Below are positions 14,601 through 29,600 of a stretch of DNA of 64,000 nt, in pieces (position 1 is the stretch's first letter; each line of letters starts with the position of its first letter). The DNA is from Auanema rhodensis. Lineage: Eukaryota > Animalia > Nematoda. Both the position numbers and the translations under genes were made by a program. The stretch covers positions 6,882,001 to 6,946,000 of the forward strand of contig OZ059896.1 in assembly GCA_964057225.1 (NCBI GenBank), given 5' to 3'. The notes beneath the pieces are model-generated. The model was not told the DNA's origin. It did no database searches and saw nothing but the letters and a program-made list of their open reading frames with translations.

Positions 14601-17600
14601 AGAGCTTAGCATGATAAAGAAAGAAAAATGAGAGAAAGTAGAGATGAAAAAGGTTGAGTTCAAGATACAGGTGAAGAACGAGAGGACGAAAGAAGAAAAG
14701 ATATCGAAGAAAGAGAGTGGAAAAGGAAAAAAGTTGTTAAAAGAGAATAAGAGAAAGAAATTATAGATATGAGAAAGAGAGAGAGAGTAAGAATGAGAGA
14801 GAAAAACAATAGAAAGATTGAGAAGAAGAAGAAGGAGGAAGTTTTCATTTATGTTGTTCTATGATGATGCTGACTGAAATGAAGCACAGACTGAAATGAA
14901 ATTTTAGAATTAGAGTCTTATTGATATACAGAAAGAGAGAGAGTATGTGTGATCATCAGACAGATGAAGAAGTAGTGTATGAAGCTGAGGAGGAGATGGA
15001 TGTCTGATCGAAAACCCCTGGGGCGCTAAAGGTATCTGCAAAAGCTGGCACATCCTGCCACTCTTTCACCTTCAATCCGATAAATTCTTCCTTGGTCTGA
15101 AAGATAGTATCCACGACATCTAATTATAATCAAGAAGAAATTCCTGTTGCACTAAGCATTACTCAAGTACTTCTTCATATCTCTGAAGATCTTCTCTTAC
15201 GTATAAATATCCTAATTCTATGATATTACGAAGACAGTTTCTCTAACGAGTGAGAAATATAACGAAGATATTAGATTCAGAGAAGAAGCTACAACTACTA
15301 TTTTGGAATATTTTCAATTCTAGGATGACGGTCCCTACACCCTGACGATTGAAAATCAATTTGGTAGTGATTCTATTGACGTCAAGCTTCTGGTTACATC
15401 CGATTCAGGCCTTGATTTCAGAGCCATGCTTAAACACAGGTTAGTAACTATTCAATTATATAATTAGAAATAGAAAGATTATGTTTTTTCCTTGAACAAA
15501 CATAATAATTTCAATTTAGAAATTGTATTTCCCTTCTCCGTTTTGAGTGTCATTTAGGACAAAATTTCCTTTTTTTTGTGTGCCATTTTACCTTTGATTT
15601 TTAGTAGTTTTTCACTGAATAATTTTAAAATTATTCTTTATAAACTAGGTTCTATACCCTTCTAGTTTGAAACAAATGTATTCCAATATTCCGATATTCG
15701 AATAAAATTCTAAAGAAAAGAATAAACTAAAACTCAATCTTTTTACTAGTTGAACATATTTCGTTTGATACAAAATATTTTAAAATAACGTATAAAATTG
15801 GTTTAGTGCACATCAGAGGAAAGAAAAAATGATAGGATCCAGGTGCAGAAATGAAGCTTTTTATTATTTTTTTTCTGTTTTGTTCTGTTTTTCTTCACAG
15901 AAAAAGCTTCTACCGTACTTTCCCTATCGCTTCTATGCTTCAAAATTCTTAATGAATTTGAATTTTATAGATTTATACCTATGTAAACTATAACATGTCT
16001 ATTAAAATATGATAATAATCATGTTTTAAGATCAAATTAAAAACAAAAACTTTAAATGCTTATAATAGCTAACATGTCACTTATTAGTATTATAATTTTA
16101 ATTTTTATGCATGATAACATTATTTATTTTCAATTTTAACATACAATTGAATAATCTTTTCACGGATTTTATATAAAATTTATACTTTATAAATGAATAA
16201 ATATAATATTTATTTATTTAAAAGTATAATCGATTTTCTTAAACTATACGTGAATTGTCTTATCAATTAGTTTAAAACTTCTTTTCTTTGCTACTCTTTA
16301 CAATTTGTATTTAACTTCATTCCAGAGACTATGAAGTTGCTCAAAAGAAGGAGGAGGAGCCAAAAAGTGAAGCCGAGCGAAGGCAATCGCTGTTCCCCGG
16401 CAAAAAAGTTGAAAAATGGGATGACCCACTAACAGATAAGACAGTGCAGCAGCAGGTGATTAAGTTGTGATTTTGTTGGAAAAACTTTTTTTTTAAAAAA
16501 AAAAAGGTTATAAGAGAAAGTAATATGTATTTATATACATATAAATGAAATAAGATAAATCTTATTTAATTTTCATTAAATTTGAGAGACATTGATTGGT
16601 TCAGGTTGATAAAATTTGTGAATGGAAATGTGGCTATTCTCGTCCCAATGCCAAAATTAGATGGTATAAAGATAAGAAAGAAATCTTTTCTGGAGGTTTT
16701 ATACTAATTATATAAAAATTTATTTATTTTTTAATAATTAAGGATTAAAATACAAAATTTTAATTGAAAAATGTCAATGTACATTGATTATTAACAATCC
16801 TGAAGTTGATGATTCTGGAAAGTATACCTGCGAAGCTAACGGTATCCCAACACATGCTCAACTTACTGTATTAGGTATACATAATTTATATTTAATACTG
16901 AAATTTAAATTTATTCTTAGAACCTCCTATGAAATACAGTTTCCTGAATCCTCTTCCCAATACTCAGGAAATTTACCGTACCAAACAAGCTGTCCTAACT
17001 TGTAAGGTCAATACACCTCGTGCTCCTCTTGTATGGTTACGCGGTGGAAAAGAAATTGATCCGTATGTTACTTATAATAAAAAATTTATATTTAATTTAT
17101 ATAATTATAGCAACGATAAACGTTATATTGTTGAGAAAGATGCTGTAGGTAGATGTACTTTAACGATTAAAGTTGTCGAAGAAGCTGATCAAGCTGAATG
17201 GACAGCTAAAGTTACGAACGAAGTTTTCTCAAAGTGTCAAGTTTATGTTGAAGGTAAAGTTTTATAAATGAAAATTATTATGTTATGTTTAAAATAAATT
17301 TTACAGAGCCACGTCATACATTTGTCGTTCCACTTAAGTCCCAAAAGTGTAATGAAAATGAAACAGTTACCATTGAATGTGATGTTAACGACAAAGATGC
17401 TAACGTTGAATGGTGGCATGATGGAGTTAAGATGAATATTGATGGAAAGAAGTCAGTTTTAACATGAAAATAAACATAAAAATATTAAAATATTGTTAGA
17501 ATCGTGGAAGAAATCATTAATCGTAAACGTCGATTGATTATTCAAGGAGCCAAAATTGAAGATCATGGTGAATATAAATGTACAACAAAGGATGATAAAA

Positions 17601-20600
17601 CAATGGCACAATTGATTGTTGATGGTATAAGCTTATAAGATTATTTATAGATTATATAATAATATTTTAGCTTTGAATAAGTTCATCATCAAGCTTGTTG
17701 ATTTGGAAGTTGTTGAACGTGATGATGTTACATTAACATGTCAGACTAAGGATACTCGAACTCCAGGAACATGGTTCCGCAGTGGCACAAAGATTACCAG
17801 CATGCCAGGAGGAAAATTCGAGACACAGTCAAGAAATGGAACACATACATTGAAAATTAGCAAAATTGAAATGAACGAAGGTGATAAGTATGAATTCGAT
17901 CAAGCTGGACTTATTGGATACACTACCATTACCGTACTCGAAGCTGAAAAAAGACCTGTTTTGAATTGGAAGCCAAAGAAGATTGAAGCTAAAGCAGGAG
18001 AGCCATGTGTTATCAAGGTGAAATTAATATAATATATTGTTTATATAATTATATGTATTATAGGTTCCATTTTCTATCAAAGGAACACGCCGTGGTGATC
18101 CTAAGACACAAATTCTTCGTAATGGAAAGCCAATTGATGAGAGTATGCGAGATCTTGTTGAAGTCGTAATTAACGGAGATGTAGCTGAGATTCGATTCAA
18201 AAATCCACAAGTAATTGATATTAACCTTCTTCTCAACATAACATGATTTAGTTGGCTGACACCGGCAAGTGGGCTATGGAACTTGGAAATTCAGCTGGAA
18301 CTGTCTTGGCTCCATTTGAATTATTTGTGAAAGACAAGCCCAAGCCACCTAAAGGACCATTGGAAGCAAAGAACTTAACAGCTGAAGGTAATTATTTAAG
18401 AAAATCTTATGGATGAAAAACTTAATTATCAATTTCAAGTAATTTTACGTAAAATTGATTGTTAAAACATTCAGATTAATCATTTATTCCTTTTTAATTA
18501 TACTTTATTCAGGTGTTGATTTGGTTTGGGGTAAACCTGACGGAGATGATGGCTCGCCAGTCAAGGCTTACATCATTGAAGTTCAGGAAGGCCGATCAGG
18601 TAACTGGGTCAAGGTTGCTGAAACAAAAGGAACCGAGTTTAAGGTTTATATTAAAAATACATATTTTAAATAAAATTATATATAACTATAGGTAAAAGAT
18701 CTGAAGGAACATGGCGAATATAAATTCCGTGTAAAAGCCATTAATGAATGTGGAGCTTCAGATCCATTAACTGGAGAAACGATGTTGGCTAAGAATCCAT
18801 TTAGTAAGTCATTTTTCTAGTTTTTAAAACTAAAAAGTTCTAAAAAAAGTTTTAAAACAACATAAAACAAAGTGTTCTAACAGATATTTACATATAATTA
18901 TATAAAAACGTGAAGTTCGATGTGAAATTTAAAAATTTTCAACTTAGTATGTTTTGTATAATAAAAGAAAATTAAGATTTATATTAATAATATAATTAAC
19001 ATAAATATAAATTCAAAACAAAATAATTATAATATGTCTTTATGTTTATAAAACTTCAGAAATAACATTTTTTTTTACTTTTTAATAATATTTTTCAATT
19101 TATTCATTTAATTTTTAATAATTTTTAATTTTCTTTTTTTACATTTTTTGATTCATTTTCTCTGTCTAGAACACATTTTTTTAATTTTTTTTGTATCTAA
19201 CATATATATATATATATACTATATATACATATAAACAATATAATTAAATGGAAGAGATGTTTGATGAGCCCGAGTCATCAATAACTGAGTTTGAACAGCA
19301 ATGTGTCTGACGTCAATGTCTGAATCTGAATTTTTGTAATTTCTGGCCTATTGAAACATCACTTCTTACCATCTACTTCATCACACTTTGACGCATGTCT
19401 GGCTGCTTATAGAAACACCTGGAAAACCTCGTCATATGGAAGTTGCTGATGTGGATAAGGATCATCTTACTCTTCAATGGGAAACTCCCGAGGACGATGG
19501 AAATGCAGCAATCACTGAATACATTGTGGAACGACGTGAAAAATCTGAAAAAGATTGGCATGTCGTTGGCACAACTCCAGCTGAAGATTCAAATGCAGTG
19601 CATAAGTTAACAGATGACAAAGTTGTCGAAGGAAAAGAATACTACTACCGAGTCAAAGCTGTCAACAAAGCCGGACCTGGTGATCCATGTGATCATGGAA
19701 AGCCTGTGCTCATTAAGGCCAAAAAAGGTTATGTCTTGTCTCTTAATCAAAATTTAAGATTATTGCCCACCGTGTTTCTTCCTATTCAATGTTATATCTT
19801 TTTTTGTTCTAAACATTATTTATAATTCTGCAGTATTTAAGTTTTTTTTTTAAATTCTAAAACGCTTTAACAATTTATTTGTCTTTGCTTTTTATTTGTT
19901 TTGGTTTGATTAGTGTTTTTTAAACTTACATTTATTACTTAATTAATTTTACCATAAATTACTTTTTGTCAGTTTAATCAAAACAATTTTTTTGTCTTTT
20001 TTAAGTTTTTTTCATCAATAACCAAGTTTAAAAAACATTTTTTGTTAACTATATCTCTGTTCAAAGTGTATCGAAAATGTTTGTCTATCTTAACTTAGAA
20101 ACTATAAGCTTTAGTCTTGTTTTAAGCTTCTGCAAAAAATTTATTTCAAAGCCTTTTCCATCTTATTTTTTAGTTCCAATTTTCCTTTAGTTTTTACCGA
20201 TTCCCCTAAATTATTATATTTATTATACTTTTAATAATCTTCATATTTCAGCTCCACCAGCTTTCTTAGATGGAGGAATTAAAGATCTTCGACTTAAGGT
20301 TGGAGAAACTATCAAATATGAAATTCCAATCAGTGGAGAGCCATTACCTGAAGTTTCATGGGTTGTCGAAGGAAAACCTCTTAAAGCTGTTGGACGCGTG
20401 AAGATGTCAACAGAGCGTGGTAAACATGTGATGAAGGTATATTCAATACATATGTATATAGATCTGATAATTTAAACATCTAATTCATTCTAGATTGAAA
20501 ATGCTGTTCGTACTGATTCCGGAAAGTTTACTGTCACCTTGAAAAACACTTCTGGAACAGTTGATAGCACAGCTACTGTTACTGTTGTCGGCAGACCAAG

Positions 20601-23600
20601 TCCACCAAAAGGTCCTTTGGATGTTGCTGATGTATGTGCTGATGGAGCTTCATTGTCCTGGAATCCACCTGAGGATGATGGTGGCGATGCATTAACTGGA
20701 TACATTATTGAAGCTCAAGATATGGATAACAAAGGCAAATTCATTGTTGTTGGAAAAGTTGATGGAAACACCACCGACATGAAAGTATCTGGACTTCGCA
20801 ACAAAGGAAATTATAAATTCCGGTCAGTTAGATACTCCTATATATTACTTAAGAAATCAATTTTTTAGTGTGAAAGCCGTTAACAACGAAGGAGAATCTG
20901 AACCATTGTCTGCTGATCAATATACAGTTATCAAGGATCCATGGGATGAACCAGGAAAGCCAGGACGTCCAATGGTTACAGATTATGATGCAGATAGGAT
21001 CAGTTTAGAATGGGAGCCACCAATGAAAGATGGAGGAAATCCTATTAGCGAATACATCATTGAAGTTCGTGATCCTAACACAAAGGAATGGAAGGAAATT
21101 GCCAGATCACCAGGTTATAACTTCAATGAAATATGAAATAACATTATGTAATAACAGATACATCTGCTGATATAACTGGACTTAAAGAAGGCAAGGAATA
21201 CCAATTCCGTGTTAAAGCTGTGAACAAAGCTGGTCCTGGTGCTGCTTCGGAACCATCAGAGAAACAAGTGGCTAAGCCTAAGTTCGGTATGTTGTTTAAA
21301 TAATATGAATCTCACAAAAGCTTTTCAAATTATAGTTCCTGCTTGGTTGAAGCATGATGCTTTGAAGAGCTTGACAGTAAAAGCAGGTCAGACAGTTCGT
21401 TGGGATGTGAAAGTTGGCGGAGAGCCCTGGCCTGATGTTAAATGGACAAAAAGTGAAAAGCCAATTGATCAATCACACAATCTTTCCATTGATGTCAAGA
21501 AGAATGAGAATACAATTCTTTGTATTGTTGCTGCTCTTCGATCTGATTGTGGTCAATACCGATTATCTGTCAAGAATTCTCATGGGCAAGATACTGAAGC
21601 TGCAGATTTGACTGTTTTGGACAAACCAACTAAGCCAAATGGTCCATTAGAAGTTACGGATATCTTTGAAGACAACTGTAACCTTGCTTGGAAAGCTCCA
21701 GATGATGATGGTGGAGAGCCAATCGAATTCTACGAAGTGGAAAAGCTTGATGTCGAATCTGGAAGATGGGTGCCATGTGCAAAGGTACAAAACTTTGAAA
21801 AATGACGAAAAAATAAAAGATATTGTAGGTAAAAGACACCAAAGCTCATATTGATGGACTGAAGAAGGGTCAAACATACCAATTCCGTGTTAAAGCTGTT
21901 AATAAGGAAGGTGCTTCTGACGCTTTAGTTACAGATAAGGATACAAAAGCCAAAAATCCATATGGTAAGATAATATGATCATCCGGATTTAACTTTCTTG
22001 TTATAGATGAACCTGGAAAACCTAAAAACATTGACGTTACGGATTGGGATGCAGATCGTGTTGCGTTAGCATGGGAAGCACCTAGCAATGATGGAGGTGC
22101 TCCAATTACTCAATACGTTATTGAGAAAAAGGGAAAGCATGGAAGAGAGTGGCAAGAATGTGGTAAAGTATCTGGAGATCAAGTTAACGCTGAAATACTT
22201 GGACTGAAAGAAGGAGAAGAGTATCAATTCCGTGTCAAAGCCGTTAACAAAGCTGGACCTGGTGAAGCTTCTGATCCAAGCCGTAAAGTTATTGCCAAGC
22301 CACGTAACTGTAAGTGTTAATTGAGATAGTATTCTTTATTAATGATGTATCTTCTTAAGTGAAACCATGGATTGATCGTGATTCAATGAAGACTATTACT
22401 ATCAAAGTTGGACAAGATGTTGAATTCGACGTTCCAGTTCGTGGTGAACCTCCTCCAACAAAAGTCTGGACTCATAACGATAAGCCTGTCGAAGATCCAA
22501 AGATTAGAGTAAGTCATACTGTATATAAACGTTTCCAAACATTCTTGTATTCAAGATTACTTGTGAAGATTACCGAACACACTTTGTGTTGAAAGGAGGA
22601 CAACGTTGTCATGCTGGTCCTTACACTCTTACAGCATCCAATGCTAGTGGCAAAGATTCACACGCTGTTGAAATCATTGTTCTTGGACGGCCAAGCAATC
22701 CTATTGGACCATTGGATGTAACCAATGTCTATGAAGATCGTGCCGATTTGGAATGGAAGGTATTATCGAAAATGAAATAATTAAACTCAATTTTGAAATT
22801 GAATTATAGATTCCGGATGATGATGGTGGTGCACCTATTGATCATTATGAAATTGAAAAGATGGACTTGGCTACTGGACGTTGGGTTCCATGCGGTCGTT
22901 CTGATACAACTCAATGTACCGTCCAAAATCTTCAACCTGGACATCAATATAAGGTTTTTGACCAATATACATGTATTTTTATAATATTAATTATAATTTA
23001 GTTCCGAGTAAGAGCCGTGAACAAGGAAGGCGAATCAGATCCATTAACTGCTGACACAGCCATCTTAGCCAAGAATCCTTACGATGTTCCTGGAAAAGTT
23101 GAAAAACCAACTCTCACTGACTGGGATAATGATCATGTTGATCTTGAATGGGCCGCTCCAGCTACTGATGGAGGTTCACCTATTGAGGAATACGTGATTG
23201 AGAAGAAGGATAAGCATGGCCGTTGGGAAGAAGCACTTGTTGTTCCAGCCGGACAGACCGCTGCAACAGTGGGCAACTTGAACGCAGGAGAAGAATACCA
23301 ATTCCGTATTATGGCTAAAAACAAAGCTGGAACTGGAGAGCCGTCTGATCCTTCTGATCGCGTCATTGCTAAGCCTCGATTCCGTAAGTTATATGCCTGA
23401 CTAACCTAAATAAAATAATTAATTTCAGTTGCTCCACACATTCATCGTGAAGATCTGGAAGATGTCACCGTTAAACTTGGACAACAAGTCAAGTTTATCA
23501 TTCATATTGATGGAGAGCCTGCACCTGATGTTACGTGGTCATTCAATGGCAAGAGCATTGTTGAAAGCAAGGCTCAAATTGAAAACGAAGATTACATCAG

Positions 23601-26600
23601 TCGCTTCTTGATTCCAAAAGCTGCTCGTAAGCAGTCGGGAGAATACACAATCACAGCTACCAACAGCTCAGGAACTGATTCTGTAACAATCAAGATCAAG
23701 GTCAAATCTAAGCCAACCAAGCCTGGAGGGCCCCTAGAAGTTGCTGATGTCTTTGAAGATCAATGTACACTCGCTTGGACACCTCCTGAAGATGACGGTG
23801 GTGAACCAATTGATCATTATGAGATTGAAAAAATGAGCACAAAAGACGGAATCTGGGTGCCATGCGGACGCACTTCAGATACCGATTTCAAGGTTGATAC
23901 TTTGAACAAGGGAGACCATTATAAGTTCCGTGTGAAAGCTGTGAATAGCGAAGGAGCTTCAGATCCATTAGAAACTGATACTGATATTCATGCTAAAAAT
24001 CCATTTGATCGCCCGGATAAGCCTGGTAAGCCAGAGCCAACTGACTGGGATTCTGATCATGTCGATTTGAAATGGACACCACCAGTTAGCGATGGTGGTG
24101 CTCCAATTACTGAATATCAAATTGAAAAGAGAACCAAATACGGTCGATGGGAACCTGCTATTACTGTTCCTGGCTCTGAAACCGCTGCTACAGTACCTGA
24201 CTTAACAGCAGGTGAAGAGTACGAGTTCCGTATTGTTGCCGTAAACAAAGGTGGTGCTTCTGATCCAAGTGATGCCTGTAAGCCGGTTATTGCTAAACCC
24301 AGAAACCGTGAGTTGAATAATAACATTTGATTTATAATATTTATTATTGCAGTACCACCGAAGATCGATCGTAGTGCTTTGAAAACTATCACCGTTAAAG
24401 CTGGACAAATGATTGGATGGGATGTACCAGTTGAAGGAGAGCCAATGCCAACCGTCACCTGGGCATGGCCCGATGGACGCGAAGTCAGAAATGGCGGTCG
24501 TGTTAAGCTTGACAATCCTGATTACTTGTCCAAACTTCATATTCGTCAAACTGAACGCTCCGATTCTGGAGTGTACATTATTCGTGCGGTCAACCCTAAC
24601 GGAGAAGATGAAGCTGAAGTTAAGGTGAACGTTATTGGTAGGTTTAATCTCTAGCCTTCATTGTTTTTATATAATGCTGTAGATAAGCCAACTTCACCAA
24701 ACGGACCTCTTGAGGTCTCAGATGTTTTCGCTGATCATGTGACTCTTGATTGGAAGGCGCCAGATGATGACGGTGGAATCCCTATTGAGAATTACGTAAT
24801 CGAAAAATTGGATACCAGCACTGGACGATGGGTCCCAGCATGCAAAGTTAATGGAGACGAGACGAAAGCCGTTGTTGATGGCTTAATCCCTGGACATGAC
24901 TACAAGGTATTTGCAAAGCTGTTTCAAGTTCATATAAAAGTTCAATTTCAGTTCCGTGTTGCTGCTGTAAATGCTGAAGGAGAATCTGATCCATTAGAAA
25001 CCTTTGGATCTACATTGGCCAAAAATCCATTTGAAAAACCTGGAAAGACATCTGCCCCAGAAATTACTGATTACGACAAGGACAGTGCGGATATCTCTTG
25101 GACACCACCACTCCATGATGGAGGTGCTCCAATTGAAGAATACGTCGTTGAAATGAAAGAAGAATATTCTCCCTTCTGGACTGAAGCCACTGTTGTACCT
25201 GCTGATCAAACAAACGCCTCTATTGGTAACCTGAAAGAAGGAAGCAAATACGAGTTCAGAATTCGCGCTAAGAACAAGGCTGGTCTTGGAGATCCATCTG
25301 ATCCTTCTGATACTTTAACACCTAAATCTAGAAATGGTTTGATAAGCCTTTATGTATATTTATATTATTTCACGTATTTTCAGTTGCTCCTGTGATTGAT
25401 CGGTCCGCAATACAAGAAATCAAGGTGAAAGCTGGTCAAGATTTCCAATTGAACATCCCTGTATCTGGAGAACCACCTCCAACTATCGAATGGTCATTTG
25501 AAGGCGAGCCATTGGAAGGAGATGATCGTCTTAAAATTACTAATGAGGATTACAAGACCAAGTTTGTCGTGAAGAGAGCTCTTCGTGGTGATACAGGAAC
25601 ATACATCATCAAAGCATCAAACTGTAATGGAACAGATACCGCTGAAGTTAAGGTTACTGTATTGGATCATCCAAGTTCCCCTCGTGGACCATTGGATGTA
25701 TCTAATGTAACTAAGGAGGGATGTGATCTTAATTGGAAAGAGCCTGATGATGATGGTGGTGCTGAAATCAGCCATTACGTCGTCGAAAAGCAAGATGCTC
25801 ATACCGGACGCTGGACAACTTGTGGTGAAGCAAAGGATACCAATTTCCATGTTGATGATCTTACACCCGGACATGAATACAAGGTTATCAGCAACTTAAT
25901 ATAGTTTCTTATGAATATATTTTTAGTTCCGAGTAAAAGCTGTTAACCGTCATGGAGATTCTGACCCTCTTGAAGCTAATCAATCAATTGTGGCTAAGGA
26001 TCCTTATGACAAGGCTGACAAGCCAGGAACTCCAGAAATTGTTGATTGGGATAAAGATCACGCTGATCTTCAATGGACTCCTCCACAGGATGATGGTGGA
26101 GCACCAGTAGAAGAATATCTCATCGAGATGAAGGCAGGAAACGGCGATTGGGTACAATCTTGCAAGGTTGGAAGAAAGTTTAATTTCCAGAATCTAATCA
26201 GCATGTTATTCAGGTACCAGCCGATCAGCTTACCGCTACAGCAAACGGATTGAAGCCTGGACAAACATATCAATTCCGCGTGAAGGCATTGAATAAGGCT
26301 GGAGAATCAACTCCATCCGATCCCAGTAAAACCATGGTTGCTAAGCCCCGTCACTGTAGGTTTCAATGTTCATTTCCTGATAAAATTCTCATTTCTAGTA
26401 CCTCCAAAAATCGATCGTTCAATGTTCAGTGATATTCGTCTTAAAGCCGGACAAACGATTAGCTTTGATGTTAATGTTGAAGGAGAACCAAATCCAAAGA
26501 TTGAATGGTTTGAACCATGCTTTAACCAAATTTAAAGAGTATTTAAGGTTCCTCAATGATACACCGTTAGCTTCTATCGGTAAAACCAAGATTGATAACT

Positions 26601-29600
26601 CCAACAACAACAATACCAAGCTTTGGACTAAGGATTCTGCTCGTAATGACAGTGGAAAATACAAGATTGTAGCTACAAACGAAAGTGGACGCGATGAAGC
26701 CGTAGTCTCCGTTAATGTATTGGACATTCCTGGAACACCAGAAGGACCTCTTCGAGTCAACGACATCCATAAGGATGGTTGTACTCTTCGTTGGGAAGCG
26801 CCAGAAGATGATGGAGGATCCCCAGTTACTAATTACATTGTTGAAAAGCAAGAAGACGATGGAAGATGGGTTCCAGTGAGTTCAACAAACCTTCTGTTTT
26901 ACTTTTCTTGTACATTCATTAATATTTAGTGCGGTGAAACATCTGACACTCAGCTTAAGGTTGGCAAACTTAATGAAGGACATGAATACAAGGTATAATC
27001 TTCGTATCATATTCAATTTCTCAAAACTCTTATTCTAGTTCCGAGTTAAAGCTGTTAATCGTCAAGGAGTTTCTGCTCCATTGACTACTGATCATTCGAT
27101 CTTAGCTAAGAATCCATATGATGAACCTGATCCACCAACTGATCTAACGCCAGTTGATTGGGATAAGGATCATGTTGATTTAGAATGGAAGGTAAGAAGA
27201 AAAGAAATTCAAACGAAAGGTAAAAATGTATTTAGGCTCCTGAAAATACCGGAGGAGCTAACATTGACCAATACATCGTTGAGAAGAAAGACAAATACGG
27301 TGATTGGGTTCCATGTGCTACTGTAGCTGGAAATCAAACTAAGGCTACTGTAAACAACTTGATTGCTGGAGAAGGATATCAATTCCGCGTTAAAGCTGTT
27401 AACAAGGCTGGACCAGGAAAACCATCTGATCCAACTGATACAGTTGTTGCTAAGCCAAGAAAAAGTATTTTAACCGACTATTCAGATCGTTTTATCAATA
27501 ATTCTTATTTCAGTGGCTCCAAAAATCAATCTTGCTGGATTACTTGATATTCGCGTAAAGGCTGGTCAACCAATTAAGCTTGATGTTGCTTTCGAAGGAG
27601 AGCCAGCTCCAACAGCTACCTGGAAAGCGAATGATGTTACAATCAATACTGGAGATCGTGCTGATGTCAATACACTTCCAACTTCATCAGAATTGCATAT
27701 TTTCTCTGCTGTTCGTTCTGATACTGGACTTTATTCTATTCAAGTTGAAAATGAGCATGGAAAAGATCGTGCTCAGTGTACCGTTACCGTACTTGACGTA
27801 CCGGAAGCACCTGAAGGTCCTTTGAAGATCAACGAAATTCACAAAGAAGGTTGTACTCTTAATTGGAAACCGCCATCTGATAATGGAGGATCTGATATTC
27901 TTCACTACGTTGTTGAAAAGATGGACACAACCCGTGGAACCTGGCAAGAAGTTGGTCAGTTTGCTGATTGCACTGCTAAGGTCGGAAAACTTATTCCTGG
28001 AAAGGAATACGAGTTCCGAGTCAAAGCTGTCAATCTTCAAGGAGAATCCAAGCCTCTGAATGCTGAGGAAGCTATTGTTGCCAAGAACCAATTTGGTAAG
28101 TTTTCAATCTTTTATTTTTAAATGATTTTTGAATGTCTAGATGTTCCTGATGCTGTTGAAAAGCCAGAAGTTGTTGATTGGGATAAGGATCGTATTGATA
28201 TTCAATGGAAGCCACCAGCAGACAACGGAGGATCTCCAGTTCAGCAATATATTGTTGAGAAGAAGGAACGTGGTTCGGGATTATGGACCGAAGCTGGAAA
28301 AACAGCTGGTACTTCGTTCTCTGCTACCAATCTTAAACCAGGAGTCGAGTATGAATTCCGTGTTGTTGCTGTTAATGAAGCAGGACCATCTGATCCATCT
28401 GATCCAACTGACCCACAAATGACTAAAGCACGTTACTGTAAGTTTTCCAATGTTTTTTATTGGCAATATGTTAAGCATTTCAGTGAAACCTAAGATTTTG
28501 ACTCAGCAACGCAAACTGAAAATCAAGGCTGGATTCGCTTACACTCTTGAGGCTGAGTTCGTTGGAGCTCCAGACCCAAGTGCTGACTGGAGCCATGATG
28601 GACAACCTCTTGCTCCAGAATTAATTCTTGATCATAAAACTGGTTACACCAGTATTTTCTTCCCAAGTGCTAAAAGATCTGATACTGGTAATTATCAGTT
28701 GAAATTGAAAAATGAAGTTGGTGAGGACGATGGAGTATTTGAACTCATTGTGCAAGGTTAGTGATAAGAATAATTAATTGCTTATGAGCATGTTCTTCAT
28801 TCAGATCGTCCATCAGCTCCTGTTGGACCATTAGAAGTATCAGATGTAACTAAAGACAGTTGCGTTCTCACATGGAAGCCTCCTGCGGATGACGGTGGCG
28901 CGGAAATCAGCAACTATGTTGTTGAGAAGCGTGACACAAAGACCAACACATGGGTGCCTGTATCAACATTTGTGACTGGTACTTCTATCACGGTTCCTAA
29001 GCTTATTGAAGGTCATGAATATGAACTTCGTGTAAGTGCTGAAAATGCTTTTGGCCGATCCGATCCATTAACAACTACTGATCCAGTTGAGGCTAAGGAT
29101 CCATTTGGAACACCTGGAAAACCAGGAAAAGTAAGACATGCATTCTAATCTTTTGAACAAATTTTTGTTTATAGCCTGAAATCACTGATACTGATGTTGA
29201 TCATATTGATTTGAAATGGGATGCTCCTCGTGATAATGGGGGATCACCCATTTCGCATTATGACGTTGAACGTAAAGATGTTAAAACAGGACGTTGGATT
29301 AAGGTATAAATCATTAAAATTGAAATATATAATTTAATTTCTGTTACTATAGGTTAATACTGCTCCTGTACATGGAACCACCTTCTCTGATCAAAGAGTC
29401 CAAAAGGACCACACCTATGAATATCGTGTTGTTGCAGTCAACAAGGCTGGCCCTGGACAACCATCAGATCCATCTGCTCAAGCTGTTGCTAAGCCAATGT
29501 TTGAAGGACCAAAGTTCGATCTTGGTATTGATGGTCGTGAATTCCGTGTGAAGGCTGGAGAGCCTCTTGAAATCATTGTTCCATTTACTGGATCCCCAAC

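Noticed and set aside
19261-19330. TGATGA...CTGA pattern suggesting a C/D snoRNA
   Set aside because: Box C is imperfect and sequestered in a local 7-bp hairpin; no recognisable rRNA guide or terminal stem
10265-24930. Scattered CTGTTTCA (piRNA upstream motif) matches
   Set aside because: Only a few isolated hits, one of them a splice acceptor; no cluster density
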